Assembly (NCBI GenBank): GCA_036381175.1
Contig: DASVDI010000018.1
Location: 67,921-131,920 of the forward strand
Origin: Gammaproteobacteria bacterium
Lineage (GTDB): Bacteria; Pseudomonadota; Gammaproteobacteria; Natronospirales; JAJUFS01
Reading direction: 5' to 3'
DNA: 64,000 nucleotides
Shown here one piece after another: positions 52,599-61,964 of this stretch; position 1 is the stretch's first letter; every line of letters starts with the position of its first letter. Position numbers and translations under genes: made by a program. The notes beneath the pieces are model-generated. The model worked only from the letters and a program-made list of their open reading frames with translations. It was not told the DNA's origin and did not search any database.

Positions 52599-53582
52599 AT
52601 GCAGCAACCCGACTGGAAAGCCGCACAAGCCGCGGCCGTGACCGACCCCGCGCGCCTGCTCGACATGCTGGCGCTGGGCGACGTATTGCTGCCGGCTGCG
52701 CGCGCGGCGGCAAAACAGTTTCCGTTGCGGGTGCCGCACGGCTTCATTGCGCGCATGCGCCGCGGCGATCCGGGCGATCCCCTGCTGCGCCAGGTGCTGC
52801 CGCTGGACGCGGAACTGGAAACGCATGCGGGCTATGGCCACGATCCGGTCGGCGAGCATGATGCGCACATTGCACCCGGACTGCTGCAGAAATATGCCGG
52901 GCGCGTGCTGCTGACGACGACCGGCGCCTGCGGCGTGCATTGCCGTTACTGTTTCCGGCGCCACTTCCCCTACTCGGAACAGAATCCTCGCCGCGACTGG
53001 AGCGCGGTCGTTGCGCGCATTGCCGACGACGATTCGATCCACGAGGTCATTCTCAGCGGCGGCGATCCGTTCACGCTGGATACGCCGCGCCTGCGGGAAA
53101 TCTCCGCGGCGCTGTCCGGCATCACGCACGTGCGCCGCCTGCGCATTCACACTCGCCAGCCCGTCGTGCTGCCGGAGCGCGTCGATGCCGAACTGCTGGA
53201 CTGGCTCGCCGGCGTTTCCCTGGATGTCGCTATCGTCATCCATGCCAATCACGCCAACGAGATCGATGCGAGTGTCCGGTCTGCGATGACCGCGCTGAAA
53301 GACGCGGGTGCGACCTTGCTGAATCAGTCCGTATTGTTGCGTGGCGTGAACGACAGCGCGATCGCGCTCGCCGAGTTGAGCGAGGCCTTGTTCGCCGCCG
53401 GCGTGCTGCCCTATTACCTGCACCTGCTCGATCCCGTCGCGGGTGCCGCGCACTTCAATGTTCCCGAATCACGTGCACGCGAAATCATGAACGAACTGCA
53501 CGCGCGTGTTTCAGGTTATCTCGTCCCGAAACTGGTTCGCGAAGTTCCCGACCGCGCCGGGAAAACCCTGATAAATCTGTAA
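52599..53582 (+). CDS. epmB: EF-P beta-lysylation protein EpmB (lysine 2,3-aminomutase-like radical SAM enzyme)
   Basis: ORF trimmed to MQQPDWKAAQ. Seen: DPLLRQVLP and the radical-SAM motif CGVHCRYCFRR. It is divergent from efp. Confidence 0.9.
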   Translation: MQQPDWKAAQAAAVTDPARLLDMLALGDVLLPAARAAAKQFPLRVPHGFIARMRRGDPGDPLLRQVLPLDAELETHAGYGHDPVGEHDAHIAPGLLQKYAGRVLLTTTGACGVHCRYCFRRHFPYSEQNPRRDWSAVVARIADDDSIHEVILSGGDPFTLDTPRLREISAALSGITHVRRLRIHTRQPVVLPERVDAELLDWLAGVSLDVAIVIHANHANEIDASVRSAMTALKDAGATLLNQSVLLRGVNDSAIALAELSEALFAAGVLPYYLHLLDPVAGAAHFNVPESRAREIMNELHARVSGYLVPKLVREVPDRAGKTLINL

Positions 53583-53669
53583 CTTGTTGAACCGTATTCT
53601 GGAAAATGCGCCGCGCTTCGGTTAAAAAGTGGGTTCGCGTTCCGCGGTTTCTGACGACATGGAGTTCCC

Positions 53670-55766
53670 TTGGTAGAACGTAATTTCCTGCCGCTGTTGA
53701 TCATCTCGCAGTCGCAGAACAATGCCGAGAAAATCAACGGCATCCTTCGCGGCGCGGGACACGCTGTGCGTTCCGCATGGGCCGCGAACCTGGACGACGC
53801 CGAAAGCGCGATCCAGAACCAGAAACCCGCACTGATCCTTTGTTTCCTGAAAGTCCCCGAAGCGCCGATCAATGACGTCATCGGCTTGCAGCAGCGCCTG
53901 TGTCCCGACTGCGCACTGATCGCCGTTGCCAGCAAGATGGACGAAACCGCCGCCGCCGCCGTGATCGAACGCGGCGGGCGCGATCTCGTCAGCATGGAGA
54001 ACGAACGGCACCTCGCCGCCGTCGTGTCGCGCGAAGCGAATTACATCGAAACGGCGCGCGCGCTGGAATCAACGCAGGCGCTGGTGAGCGAATACCAGTC
54101 ACGCTTCCAGGAATTTCTCGCCGAATCGGGCGATGCGATTGCCTACGTTCAGGACGGCATTCTCACGCAAGCGAATCCATCGTTCGCGGAGATGTTCGGT
54201 TTCGAATCGCCCGATGAAATGGAAGGCTACCCGGTGATGGACCTGTTCGCGGGCGCCGACCAGGGCAAGCTCAAGGAAGCCCTCGTTGCCGTCAACAAGG
54301 GCAAGAGCGTGGGCGCGCTCGAACTCAAGGGGATGAAAGACGACAAGCCCTTCGAGACAAAACTTGAATTCGACCAGACCGAACTCGACGGCGAACCCTG
54401 TATCGAGGTCGCGATTCGCGGTGAAAGCGACAACAGCGAACTGCAGGCAAAAATGCAGGCCGAGATGAAAGCGGAGATGGAGGAAATCGGCCGGCGCGAT
54501 CCGCTGACCGGGCTCTTTCACCGGCATTACTTCATCGATGTCGTCGCGCATGCCATCAAGCAGCCGTCCAAGGCCGGAATGGCCGCGTTGCTCATCATCA
54601 AGCCGGACAAGTTCTCCGACATCGAGGAAAAAGTCGGGCCGCTGGCATCGGACAACGTGCTCAAGCTCCTGGGCGCGCAATTGCGCGACATCGCGGAAGA
54701 AAAGGATCATGTCGCGCGTTTCGGCGGCAACCTGTTCACTGCACTGATCGTGCGCAAGGACATTCGCGATGTCGAGAAATTCGCGGAGAAACTGCGCACC
54801 GCGATCGCCAGCCGCGTCTTCGAAGCCGGCGGCCAGTCAACCAGCATGACAGTCAGTATCGGTATTGCCGATTTCACCAATGAAGCCCGCAACGCCGGCG
54901 CCCTGATTGCGCTCGCGCAACAGGCGGTGAAGGAAGCACGCCAGAAAGGCGGCAATCGCCATGTAACCTACAAGCCCGCGGAAATCGATGCGGAAGGCCG
55001 CATGCTGGACGCGGGCTGGATCAAGCAGATCACTGCTGCCATCAAGGACAACCGTTTCGTGCTCGTCTTCCAGCCGATCGCGAGCCTGGAAGGCGACGTC
55101 AGCGAAATGTTCGACATCCTCGTACGCATGAAGGACGAGAACGGCAATGAGATCATGCCGGCAGAATTCATGCCCGCGGCCGAACGCAACAATCTCATGG
55201 GCGGGATCGACCGCTGGATCGTGAACTGCGCGATGATCCGGTTGAAAGAACGCTTTGCCGAAGGCAAGAAAGCACGTTTCTTCATTCGCATCGCCGAGCA
55301 GACGCTGGCGGATGCACAGTTCATCGCGTGGCTGGAAGGCCAGTTCAAGCAGCACAAGGCGCCGAAGGGCGGCATCGTCCTGCAGATTTCCGAGGCGACC
55401 GCGGAGAAGCGTCTCAAGGAAGCCAAGGCGGTGGGCGATCTCGCCAACGCGCACGGCCAGGGCATCGCGCTGGAACATTTCGGCATCGGCCGCAATCCGA
55501 TGCAGATGTTCGATCACATCAAGATGAACTTCGTGAAGATCGACGGCTCGTTCATGTCCGTTATTGCCTCCGATCAGAAGAAGCGCGAGATGGTTGCGGA
55601 GTACATCGAGAAAGCGAAGGAAATGAAAATCGAGACCGTCGCCGAACGCGTGGAGAATGCCAACACCATGGCCGTGCTCTGGCAACTGGGCGTGAACTAC
55701 ATCCAGGGCAATTACGTGCAGGAGCCGGAAGTGGTGATGGCGGAAGATGCGCGCTTGCCTGCATGA
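53670..55766 (+). CDS. FimX-like REC-PAS-GGDEF-EAL protein with both catalytic motifs degenerate (probable c-di-GMP sensor)
   Basis: TTG start 5 nt after GGAG. REC-like N-terminus (LLIISQSQNNAEKINGILRGAGHAV), a PAS-like segment, a GGDEF domain carrying GGNLF in place of GG(D/E)EF, and an EAL domain carrying DILVR in place of EALxR and EHFGIG in place of DDFGTG. Confidence 0.75.
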   Translation: MVERNFLPLLIISQSQNNAEKINGILRGAGHAVRSAWAANLDDAESAIQNQKPALILCFLKVPEAPINDVIGLQQRLCPDCALIAVASKMDETAAAAVIERGGRDLVSMENERHLAAVVSREANYIETARALESTQALVSEYQSRFQEFLAESGDAIAYVQDGILTQANPSFAEMFGFESPDEMEGYPVMDLFAGADQGKLKEALVAVNKGKSVGALELKGMKDDKPFETKLEFDQTELDGEPCIEVAIRGESDNSELQAKMQAEMKAEMEEIGRRDPLTGLFHRHYFIDVVAHAIKQPSKAGMAALLIIKPDKFSDIEEKVGPLASDNVLKLLGAQLRDIAEEKDHVARFGGNLFTALIVRKDIRDVEKFAEKLRTAIASRVFEAGGQSTSMTVSIGIADFTNEARNAGALIALAQQAVKEARQKGGNRHVTYKPAEIDAEGRMLDAGWIKQITAAIKDNRFVLVFQPIASLEGDVSEMFDILVRMKDENGNEIMPAEFMPAAERNNLMGGIDRWIVNCAMIRLKERFAEGKKARFFIRIAEQTLADAQFIAWLEGQFKQHKAPKGGIVLQISEATAEKRLKEAKAVGDLANAHGQGIALEHFGIGRNPMQMFDHIKMNFVKIDGSFMSVIASDQKKREMVAEYIEKAKEMKIETVAERVENANTMAVLWQLGVNYIQGNYVQEPEVVMAEDARLPA

Positions 55767-55778
55767 CAAAAGCGGAAG

Positions 55779-55917
55779 AATGGACAGGATTAACAGGATT
55801 TTTCAGAATTGACAGGATTATTCTGATATTGAAAAGAAAGGGCCGCGCAGCGGCCCTTTTCAGTTTTTGCTTTAATCCTGTAAATCCTGTCTTCAAATCC
55901 TGTTAATCCTGTCCATT
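55779..55917. repeat. AT-rich 139-bp palindromic element with 23-bp perfect terminal inverted repeats and seven copies of ACAGGATT/AATCCTGT (MITE-like or protein-binding array)
   Basis: Left end AATGGACAGGATTAACAGGATTT (55779-55801) is the exact reverse complement of 55895-55917. The 8-mer occurs at 55784, 55793 and 55812 (ACAGGATT) and at 55874, 55883, 55896 and 55905 (AATCCTGT). A GC hairpin sits at the centre. Confidence 0.55.
55837..55860. terminator. Bidirectional intrinsic terminator at the centre of the palindromic element, between the convergent fimX-like gene and htpX
   Basis: AAAGGGCCGC-gca-GCGGCCCTTTT. Confidence 0.65.
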
Positions 55918-56001
55918 GCTCTTGCTCTTGCTCTTGCTCTTGCTCTTGCTCTTGCTCTTGCTCTTGCTCTTGCTCTTGCTCTTGCTCTTGCTCTTGCTCT
56001 T
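55916..56001. repeat. Perfect hexanucleotide microsatellite (TTGCTC)14 plus a partial unit
   Basis: I counted 14 uninterrupted TTGCTC units over 55916..55999, plus tt. The tract ends at the base before the htpX stop codon (56002-56004). Confidence 0.97.
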
Positions 56002-56883
56002 TCAAGTCATTCGCTGCAAAGCGGCGATGCGTTCGCTCAACGGCGGATGGCTCATGAACAGCCGCCGCAATCCTTTCGACATCGAACCCTTGATGCCGAA
56101 TGCGGCGAGCTGATCCGGCAGCGCGCCTTCCTGCGATTGCTGCAAGCGTTGCAGGGCAGAAATCATCTTCTGACGGCCCGCCAGTTGCGCACCACCGTGA
56201 TCGGCGCGGAACTCGCGGTAACGCGAAAACCACATCACAATGGTGCTTGCGAGGATGCCGAAAACAATTTCGGCAATGATGGTGGTAATGAAATATCCCA
56301 TGCCGATGCCGCCACCCTCGCGGTTGCCGCGCAGCGCACTGTCAACGACATAACCAACAATGCGCGCGGCAAAGATCACGAAGGTGTTCACCACGCCCTG
56401 GATCAGCGCGAGCGTCACCATGTCGCCGTTCGCGATGTGGCTCACCTCGTGCCCGAGCACGGCTTCCACTTCATCGCGATTCATGCTTTGCAAAAGGCCG
56501 GTGCTCACGGCAACCAGCGATTTGTTCTTGTTCATTCCCGTCGCGAACGCATTCGGCTGTGGCGACGGGAAGATCGCGACTTCCGGCATGCCGATGCCGG
56601 CCTGTTGCGCCTGTCGCTGAACGGTTGCAACCAGCCAGGTTTCGACCTCGTTGCGTGGCTGCTCGATGACTTCGGCCCCCGTCGAGCGCTTCGCCATCCA
56701 CTTGGAAATCGCCAGTGAAATGAAGGCGCCACCCATGCCGAAAATCGCGGAGAAGATCAGCAGCGCCTGGTAGTTGATGCCTTGCTGTGTGAACCAGCCG
56801 TCGATTCCCAGCAGCTTCGTGACGATGCCAAGCACCACGATCACCGCAAGGTTGGTGCCGAGGAACAGGACAATGCGTTTCAT
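56002..56883 (-). CDS. htpX: Membrane zinc metalloprotease HtpX (heat-shock protease)
   Basis: ORF trimmed to [24 protein letters not shown] zinc motif ([13 protein letters not shown]) and a C-terminal [12 protein letters not shown]. Confidence 0.93.
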   Translation of the reverse strand: MKRIVLFLGTNLAVIVVLGIVTKLLGIDGWFTQQGINYQALLIFSAIFGMGGAFISLAISKWMAKRSTGAEVIEQPRNEVETWLVATVQRQAQQAGIGMPEVAIFPSPQPNAFATGMNKNKSLVAVSTGLLQSMNRDEVEAVLGHEVSHIANGDMVTLALIQGVVNTFVIFAARIVGYVVDSALRGNREGGGIGMGYFITTIIAEIVFGILASTIVMWFSRYREFRADHGGAQLAGRQKMISALQRLQQSQEGALPDQLAAFGIKGSMSKGLRRLFMSHPPLSERIAALQRMT

Positions 56884-56912
56884 TGAAAGTCTCCGATGAT
56901 GCGACGCCGTGT

Positions 56913-56940
56913 GAATGGGGGTGGATGTGACATTTTCAAG
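56913..56940 (-). promoter_or_regulatory. Sigma32 (heat-shock) type promoter upstream of htpX
   Basis: Minus strand reads CTTGAAA-13 nt-CCCCATTC, close to the CTTGAAA/CCCCATnT consensus. It ends about 30 nt before the htpX ATG. Confidence 0.6.
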
Positions 56941-57014
56941 AGTTCGCAAGACGTGAGACGGAAGAGGCGGGACGACGGTTGTCACGCGCCCAACTTCGTC
57001 TCACGTCTTCCGTC

Positions 57015-59288
57015 TTACGATTTATTCAAGAACGCTTCCGGCAAGATCCGGTTCACCTTCCGGTAACCCTGCGGCAACTTGTGCCCGCGCTGGCCGCGTT
57101 CGCCTTCGTAATGATCGAGGTCGCGATACTTGAGCGTCATGTGCCGCTGGCCGCTGAAGATCACGACGCCGTCCTCGTCCGGCATGCTGGCGATCGCGAT
57201 CATGGATTCCTCGCCCGATTTGAACTTCGGTCCCGGAATATTGAGGATCTTGTTGCCCTTGCCTTTCGCAAGCTGCGGCAATTCCTCGATCGGGAAGCAC
57301 AGCAGATGACCTTCGCTGGATGCCGCGACGATCCAGTCTGTTTTTTCCGATGACACCGGAACCAGCGCGAGTGCCTTCCCGCCCTTCGGCACGGACAGCA
57401 CCGCCTTGCCTTTCTTGTTGCGCGTGTGCAGTTCCTTCAGTTGCGTGAAGAAACCGTAACCGGCGTTGGACGCGACCAGCACAAAGTCATCCGGATCGCC
57501 CATCGCAACGCCGACGAAACTCGCGCCATCCGGTGCGGTGAGCTTGCCGGAGAGCGGATCACCCTGCCCGCGCGCACTCGGCAACTGGTGCGCGGGAATG
57601 CAATAGCTGCGTCCGGTCGAATCGAGGAACACGGCAAGCTGGTTCGACTTGCCGCGCGCTGCCGCGAGAAATTCGTCGCCCTGGCGATACTGGAGCTGGA
57701 AGGGATCGATATCGTGACCCTTCGCCGCACGAGCCCAGCCGCGCTTCGACAATACAACTGTCACCGGTTCGCTCGGCACGAGCTGCGTTTCATCCAGCGC
57801 TTGCGCGGCTTCACGGGAAACAATCGGCGATCGTCTGTCGTCGCCGTATTTTTTTGCGTCATCGGATATTTCACGGCGGATCATTGCCTTCAGCAATTTC
57901 TTCGAACCCAGCACTTTCTCGATCGCCGCGCGTTCCTTCTCAAGCTGATCCTGCTCGCCGCGGATTTTCATTTCCTCAAGCTTCGCAAGATGTCGCAGCT
58001 TCAGTTCCAGGATCGCCTCGGCCTGTGTATCCGAAATACCGAAGCGCTTCATCAGCACCGGCTTCGGCTTGTCTTCTGCGCGGATGATGGCGATCACTTC
58101 GTCGATGTTCAGGAAGGCGACCATCAGGCCTTCGAGAATGTGCAAGCGCTTGGTGACCTTGTCGAGACGGAATTCAAGGCGCTTCGTTACCGTGCGGCTG
58201 CGGAACTCCAGCCATTCGACCAGCACCTCCCGCAGGCCCTTGACCTGCGGGCGGCCATCGAGACCGATGACGTTCAGGTTCACGCGATAGCTGCGCTCGA
58301 GATCGGTAGTCGCGAACAGATGATTCATCAGCTGTTCGAGATCAATGCGATTGGAACGCGGTTCGATGACAAGCCGTGTCGGATTCTCGTGATCGGATTC
58401 GTCACGCAAATCCTCGACCATCGGCAGTTTCTTGTTGCGCATCTGTTGCGCGATCTGTTCAAGAATCTTGTTGCCCGAGACCTGGAAGGGCAGCGCGGTG
58501 ATGATCACGTTGCCGCTGTCTTTTTCCTTCTCCCATTTCGCGCGCACGCGGATGGAACCGTTGCCGGTTTCATACATCTGCATGATTTCCGCACGCGGCG
58601 TGATGATTTCCGCATCGGTCGGGTAATCCGGGCCCTTCACGTGCTCGCACAGCGCTTTCAGATCGGCTTTCGGTTCTTCCAGCAAACGCACGCAGGCGGC
58701 GGCGACTTCGCGAAGATTGTGCGGCGGAATATCCGTTGCCATGCCGACCGCAATACCGGTCGTGCCATTCAGCAGCACGTTCGGCAAGCGCGCCGGCAGC
58801 ACGATGGGCTCATCCAGCGTGCCGTCGAAGTTCGGCTGCCAATCCACGGTGCCCAGGCTGACTTCGCTCAGCAGTACTTCAGCGTAAGGCGCGAGTTTCG
58901 ATTCCGTGTAACGCATCGCCGCGAAGGATTTAGGATCGTCGGGCGAACCCCAGTTTCCCTGGCCATCCACAATTGGATAACGATAGGAAAACGGCTGCGC
59001 CATCAGCACCATCGCCTCGTAACAGGCCGAGTCGCCGTGCGGATGGAACTTGCCGATCACGTCACCAACCGTGCGCGCGGATTTCTTGTACTTCGATCCG
59101 GCATTCAGGCCGAGCTCGGACATCGCGTAGATGATCCGTCGCTGAACGGGTTTCAGACCGTCGCCGATGTTCGGCAGCGCGCGATCGAGAATCACGTACA
59201 TCGAGTAATCGAGATACGCCTTCTCGGTGAACTGTCCGAGCGGCATGCGCTCGAAGTTTTCAAAAATGTCGGGAGTGTTTCCGCCCAT
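57015..59288 (-). CDS. parC: DNA topoisomerase IV subunit A
   Basis: [66 protein letters not shown], and AAMRYTE (catalytic Tyr). ParC-type N-terminus, with parE adjacent. Confidence 0.95.
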   Translation of the reverse strand: MGGNTPDIFENFERMPLGQFTEKAYLDYSMYVILDRALPNIGDGLKPVQRRIIYAMSELGLNAGSKYKKSARTVGDVIGKFHPHGDSACYEAMVLMAQPFSYRYPIVDGQGNWGSPDDPKSFAAMRYTESKLAPYAEVLLSEVSLGTVDWQPNFDGTLDEPIVLPARLPNVLLNGTTGIAVGMATDIPPHNLREVAAACVRLLEEPKADLKALCEHVKGPDYPTDAEIITPRAEIMQMYETGNGSIRVRAKWEKEKDSGNVIITALPFQVSGNKILEQIAQQMRNKKLPMVEDLRDESDHENPTRLVIEPRSNRIDLEQLMNHLFATTDLERSYRVNLNVIGLDGRPQVKGLREVLVEWLEFRSRTVTKRLEFRLDKVTKRLHILEGLMVAFLNIDEVIAIIRAEDKPKPVLMKRFGISDTQAEAILELKLRHLAKLEEMKIRGEQDQLEKERAAIEKVLGSKKLLKAMIRREISDDAKKYGDDRRSPIVSREAAQALDETQLVPSEPVTVVLSKRGWARAAKGHDIDPFQLQYRQGDEFLAAARGKSNQLAVFLDSTGRSYCIPAHQLPSARGQGDPLSGKLTAPDGASFVGVAMGDPDDFVLVASNAGYGFFTQLKELHTRNKKGKAVLSVPKGGKALALVPVSSEKTDWIVAASSEGHLLCFPIEELPQLAKGKGNKILNIPGPKFKSGEESMIAIASMPDEDGVVIFSGQRHMTLKYRDLDHYEGERGQRGHKLPQGYRKVNRILPEAFLNKS

Positions 59289-59306
59289 GAGATTTTCCTG
59301 CCTTTT

Positions 59307-59362
59307 GTAGGAGCGCCTTCAGGCGCGAATTCATGATCTTTCGCGCCTGAAGGCGCTCCTAC
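59307..59362. repeat. REP doublet (REPIN-like), the second copy of the GTAG-headed family
   Basis: GTAGGAGCGCCTTCAGGCGCGAA-ttcatgatct-TTCGCGCCTGAAGGCGCTCCTAC. The arms are identical to 31156..31205 and only the spacer differs. Confidence 0.8.
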
Positions 59363-59368
59363 ATGAAT

Positions 59369-61267
59369 TCAAACAACGTCAGCCAGATTGCCTTTCCTCT
59401 CCAGCCAGCTCTTGCGATCCGGTGAGCGCTTCTTCGCGAGCAGCATGTCCATCAACGCGTCGACCTTGTCTGCGGCTTCGATGGTCAACTGGACAAGGCG
59501 GCGCGTGTCGGGCGCCATGGTGGTTTCGCGCAATTGCAGCGGGCTCATTTCACCCAGGCCCTTGAAGCGCGTGACGGAAATCCTGCCGCGAATCTTTTCC
59601 GCCTCGATGCGATCGAGCACGCCTTTTCGTTCCGCGTCGTCCAGCGCATAGAAAACATGCTGGCCGACATCGATGCGATACAAGGGAGGCATGGCGACAA
59701 ACACGTGACCGTTTTCAACCAGCGGACGGAAATGCCGCAGGAACAGCGCGCACAATAATGTCGCGATGTGCAGTCCGTCGGAATCCGCGTCGGCAAGAAT
59801 GCAGATCTTGTGATAACGCAAACCCTTGAGATCGTTCGATCCCGGCTCGATGCCGACGGCAACGGAAATGTCGTGCACTTCCTGCGAGCCCAGCACTTCG
59901 CTCGGATCGACCTCCCAGGAATTCAGGATCTTGCCGCGCAGCGGCATGATCGCCTGGAACTCGCGATCGCGTGCCTGTTTCGCCGAACCGCCGGCGGAAT
60001 CGCCTTCCACCAGGAACAGTTCGCCGCGTTCCGGCTCCTGGCTGGAACAATCCGCCAGCTTGCCGGGTAGTGCGGGCCCGCTGACGACTTTCTTGCGAAC
60101 GATCTTCTTGCCCGCGCGACTGCGCGCCTGCGCGTTGTTGATCGCAAGCAAGGCAATCTGCTCGCCCGCTTCCGGATGCTGGTTCAACCACAGTGCGAAC
60201 GCATCCTTCACAACACCGGAAACAAACGCCGCGCATTCACGCGACGACAAACGTTCTTTTGTCTGTCCGGAAAACTGCGGGTCTTCCATTTTCACGCTGA
60301 GCACGTAACTGATCTTGTCCCACACATCTTCCGGCGCGATCCGGATTCCGCGCGGCACGAGATTGCGGAAATCACTGAACTCGCGCACCGCTTCCGTCAA
60401 ACCGGTGCGCAAGCCATTGACATGCGTGCCGCCCTGCTCCGTCGGGATCAGGTTGACGTAACTTTCCTGCACGAGATCGCCGCCATCCGGTAGCCACAGC
60501 ACGGCCCAGTCAACCGCTTCGCTCGAGCCGGCCATCGAGCCGGTGAACGGCTGCGCGGGCAGCGTTTCCTGGCCCTGCAATTCGTCGTTCAGATAATCGA
60601 CAAGGCCGTCTTCGTATTGCCACTCGAAAGTTTCGTCCTTGTCCTTGCCCTTCTCGACACGCAACGTGATGTAAAGGCCAGGACACAGCACGGCCTTCGC
60701 GCGCAATACGTGCTGCAAGCGCGGCAAGGAAAAACTGACGGAGTCGAAATATTTCGCATCCGGCCAGAAGCGCAGCGTCGTGCCCGTGTTGCGCTGACCG
60801 ACAGTGCCAATCTGTTTCAACGGCGCAACACGCTTGCCGGCCTTGAACGACATGGAATATTCCTTGCCGCCGCGGCGCACCTGTATGTCGAGTTGTTTCG
60901 ACAGCGCATTGACAACGGAAACACCAACGCCGTGCAGCCCGCCGGAGAACTGGTAATTCTTGTTGGAAAATTTTCCGCCGGCGTGAAGTCGCGTGAGGAT
61001 CACTTCAACGCCCGGTACTTTTTCCTTCGGATGAATATCGATGGGCATGCCGCGCCCGTCGTCCTTCACTTCCAGCGAACCATCCTTGTTGAGAATCACG
61101 TCGATGCGCTTGGCGTGACCCGCAATCGCCTCATCGACCGAGTTGTCGACGACTTCCTGCGCAAGATGGTTGGGACGCGTGGTGTCGGTGTACATGCCCG
61201 GACGTTTCTTGACCGGATCGAGACCCGAAAGCACTTCGATGGAGGCGGCGTCGTACTTGTTGCTCAT
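59369..61267 (-). CDS. parE: DNA topoisomerase IV subunit B
   Basis: ORF trimmed to MSNKYDAASIEVLSGLDPVKKRPGMYTDTTRPNHLAQEVVDNSVDEA. Seen: GGLHGVG, and the EGDSAGG Toprim motif. Confidence 0.95.
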   Translation of the reverse strand: MSNKYDAASIEVLSGLDPVKKRPGMYTDTTRPNHLAQEVVDNSVDEAIAGHAKRIDVILNKDGSLEVKDDGRGMPIDIHPKEKVPGVEVILTRLHAGGKFSNKNYQFSGGLHGVGVSVVNALSKQLDIQVRRGGKEYSMSFKAGKRVAPLKQIGTVGQRNTGTTLRFWPDAKYFDSVSFSLPRLQHVLRAKAVLCPGLYITLRVEKGKDKDETFEWQYEDGLVDYLNDELQGQETLPAQPFTGSMAGSSEAVDWAVLWLPDGGDLVQESYVNLIPTEQGGTHVNGLRTGLTEAVREFSDFRNLVPRGIRIAPEDVWDKISYVLSVKMEDPQFSGQTKERLSSRECAAFVSGVVKDAFALWLNQHPEAGEQIALLAINNAQARSRAGKKIVRKKVVSGPALPGKLADCSSQEPERGELFLVEGDSAGGSAKQARDREFQAIMPLRGKILNSWEVDPSEVLGSQEVHDISVAVGIEPGSNDLKGLRYHKICILADADSDGLHIATLLCALFLRHFRPLVENGHVFVAMPPLYRIDVGQHVFYALDDAERKGVLDRIEAEKIRGRISVTRFKGLGEMSPLQLRETTMAPDTRRLVQLTIEAADKVDALMDMLLAKKRSPDRKSWLERKGNLADVV

Positions 61268-61379
61268 GGTGTTCCTGATGCTGAAAACCGGCGCCTGCGA
61301 ATGATGCGGGCGCGACAATGCTGCGGCATTCTAGCGTTTATGAGCGGTGCAGAGGGAGACTTGACCTGCGGAAAATTTG

Positions 61380-61964
61380 TCAATCCAGGTCGCGGATGAG
61401 CGCATGGCGCACAGTATCAGGCACTGGCGCCGCTTCGTGGCGGTAGTTTCCGTGATCGACACCCATGGACAGCGATGCGCCTTTCTTCAGATCGGCGATC
61501 ATCGCGGGATCAAGTTCGAAACGCAGGAAATGCACCGCAGATGTTTTTTCGTCGGTGTCACGTTCCAGGTCTTCATCGGCAATGGCATACACGCGGTCGT
61601 GGTCTGTCACTTGCACCCAGGTCCGGTTCTCGACGCCGACGAGACGCGTGAGCATATTGCGCCGCTCGTTCTCGTCGGTGAACTCGATCATCTGCGTCGC
61701 CTTCCAGTTCGCGCCGTCGGGAACCAGCGGATTGTAAGCGTCGAGTTCTTCCTGGATGCCGGTGGCCTCGAAAATGCGCTCGGTGCGCAGCATTTCCTGC
61801 ACCTGGTACTGGATGGTCAGGCGGTCCTCGAAAAAAAGGCGCATGTTCGGGCCGATACTCACGATACGCGCTGCCTTGTGTGCCATCACCTCGCGACGGA
61901 ATTCCACGCGTCGCGCGGAATACACTTCCAGGCTCATCAGGTCGTCGCGCGCCAACGGCTTCAT
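61380..61964 (-). CDS. DUF3501-family protein (function unknown)
   Basis: 194 aa, MKPLARDDLMSLEVYSARRVEFRREVMAHK...HFLRFELDP. I recognise it as DUF3501-like from memory of that family. The ATG shares one base with the upstream stop (TGATG). Confidence 0.7.
   Translation of the reverse strand: MKPLARDDLMSLEVYSARRVEFRREVMAHKAARIVSIGPNMRLFFEDRLTIQYQVQEMLRTERIFEATGIQEELDAYNPLVPDGANWKATQMIEFTDENERRNMLTRLVGVENRTWVQVTDHDRVYAIADEDLERDTDEKTSAVHFLRFELDPAMIADLKKGASLSMGVDHGNYRHEAAPVPDTVRHALIRDLD

Noticed and set aside
50275-53582. The EF-P modification module (epmA-efp, divergent epmB, downstream msrC) as a possible novel system.
   Set aside because: It is the well-described beta-lysylation pathway in a standard arrangement and nothing unusual was seen. 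The absence of epmC from the window is not informative.
55916-56001. Considered whether the short-unit repeat array could be a CRISPR array.
   Set aside because: The units are 6 bp, contiguous and identical, with no spacers, and no cas genes are nearby. It is a microsatellite.
55790-56233. The ORF encoding an (EQ)n tract, and ORF 55916..56113 encoding poly-Leu.
   Set aside because: Both are translation artefacts of the (TTGCTC)14 microsatellite and of the palindromic element. They overlap htpX out of frame and have no RBS.
56948-57009. Inverted repeat AAGACGTGAGAC...GTCTCACGTCTT (12 bp perfect) just after the parC stop, considered as a terminator.
   Set aside because: The loop is about 38 nt and there is no following T-tract. 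It may still be structural, but it does not meet intrinsic-terminator criteria.
61268-61379. Weak hairpin GCGCC-14 nt-GGCGC followed by cggTTTT downstream of the DUF3501 gene, considered as a terminator. TAGAAT was considered as a parE -10.
   Set aside because: The stem is only 5 bp with a long loop and a 3-nt gap before a short T-run, and there is no matching -35. This is too weak to annotate.
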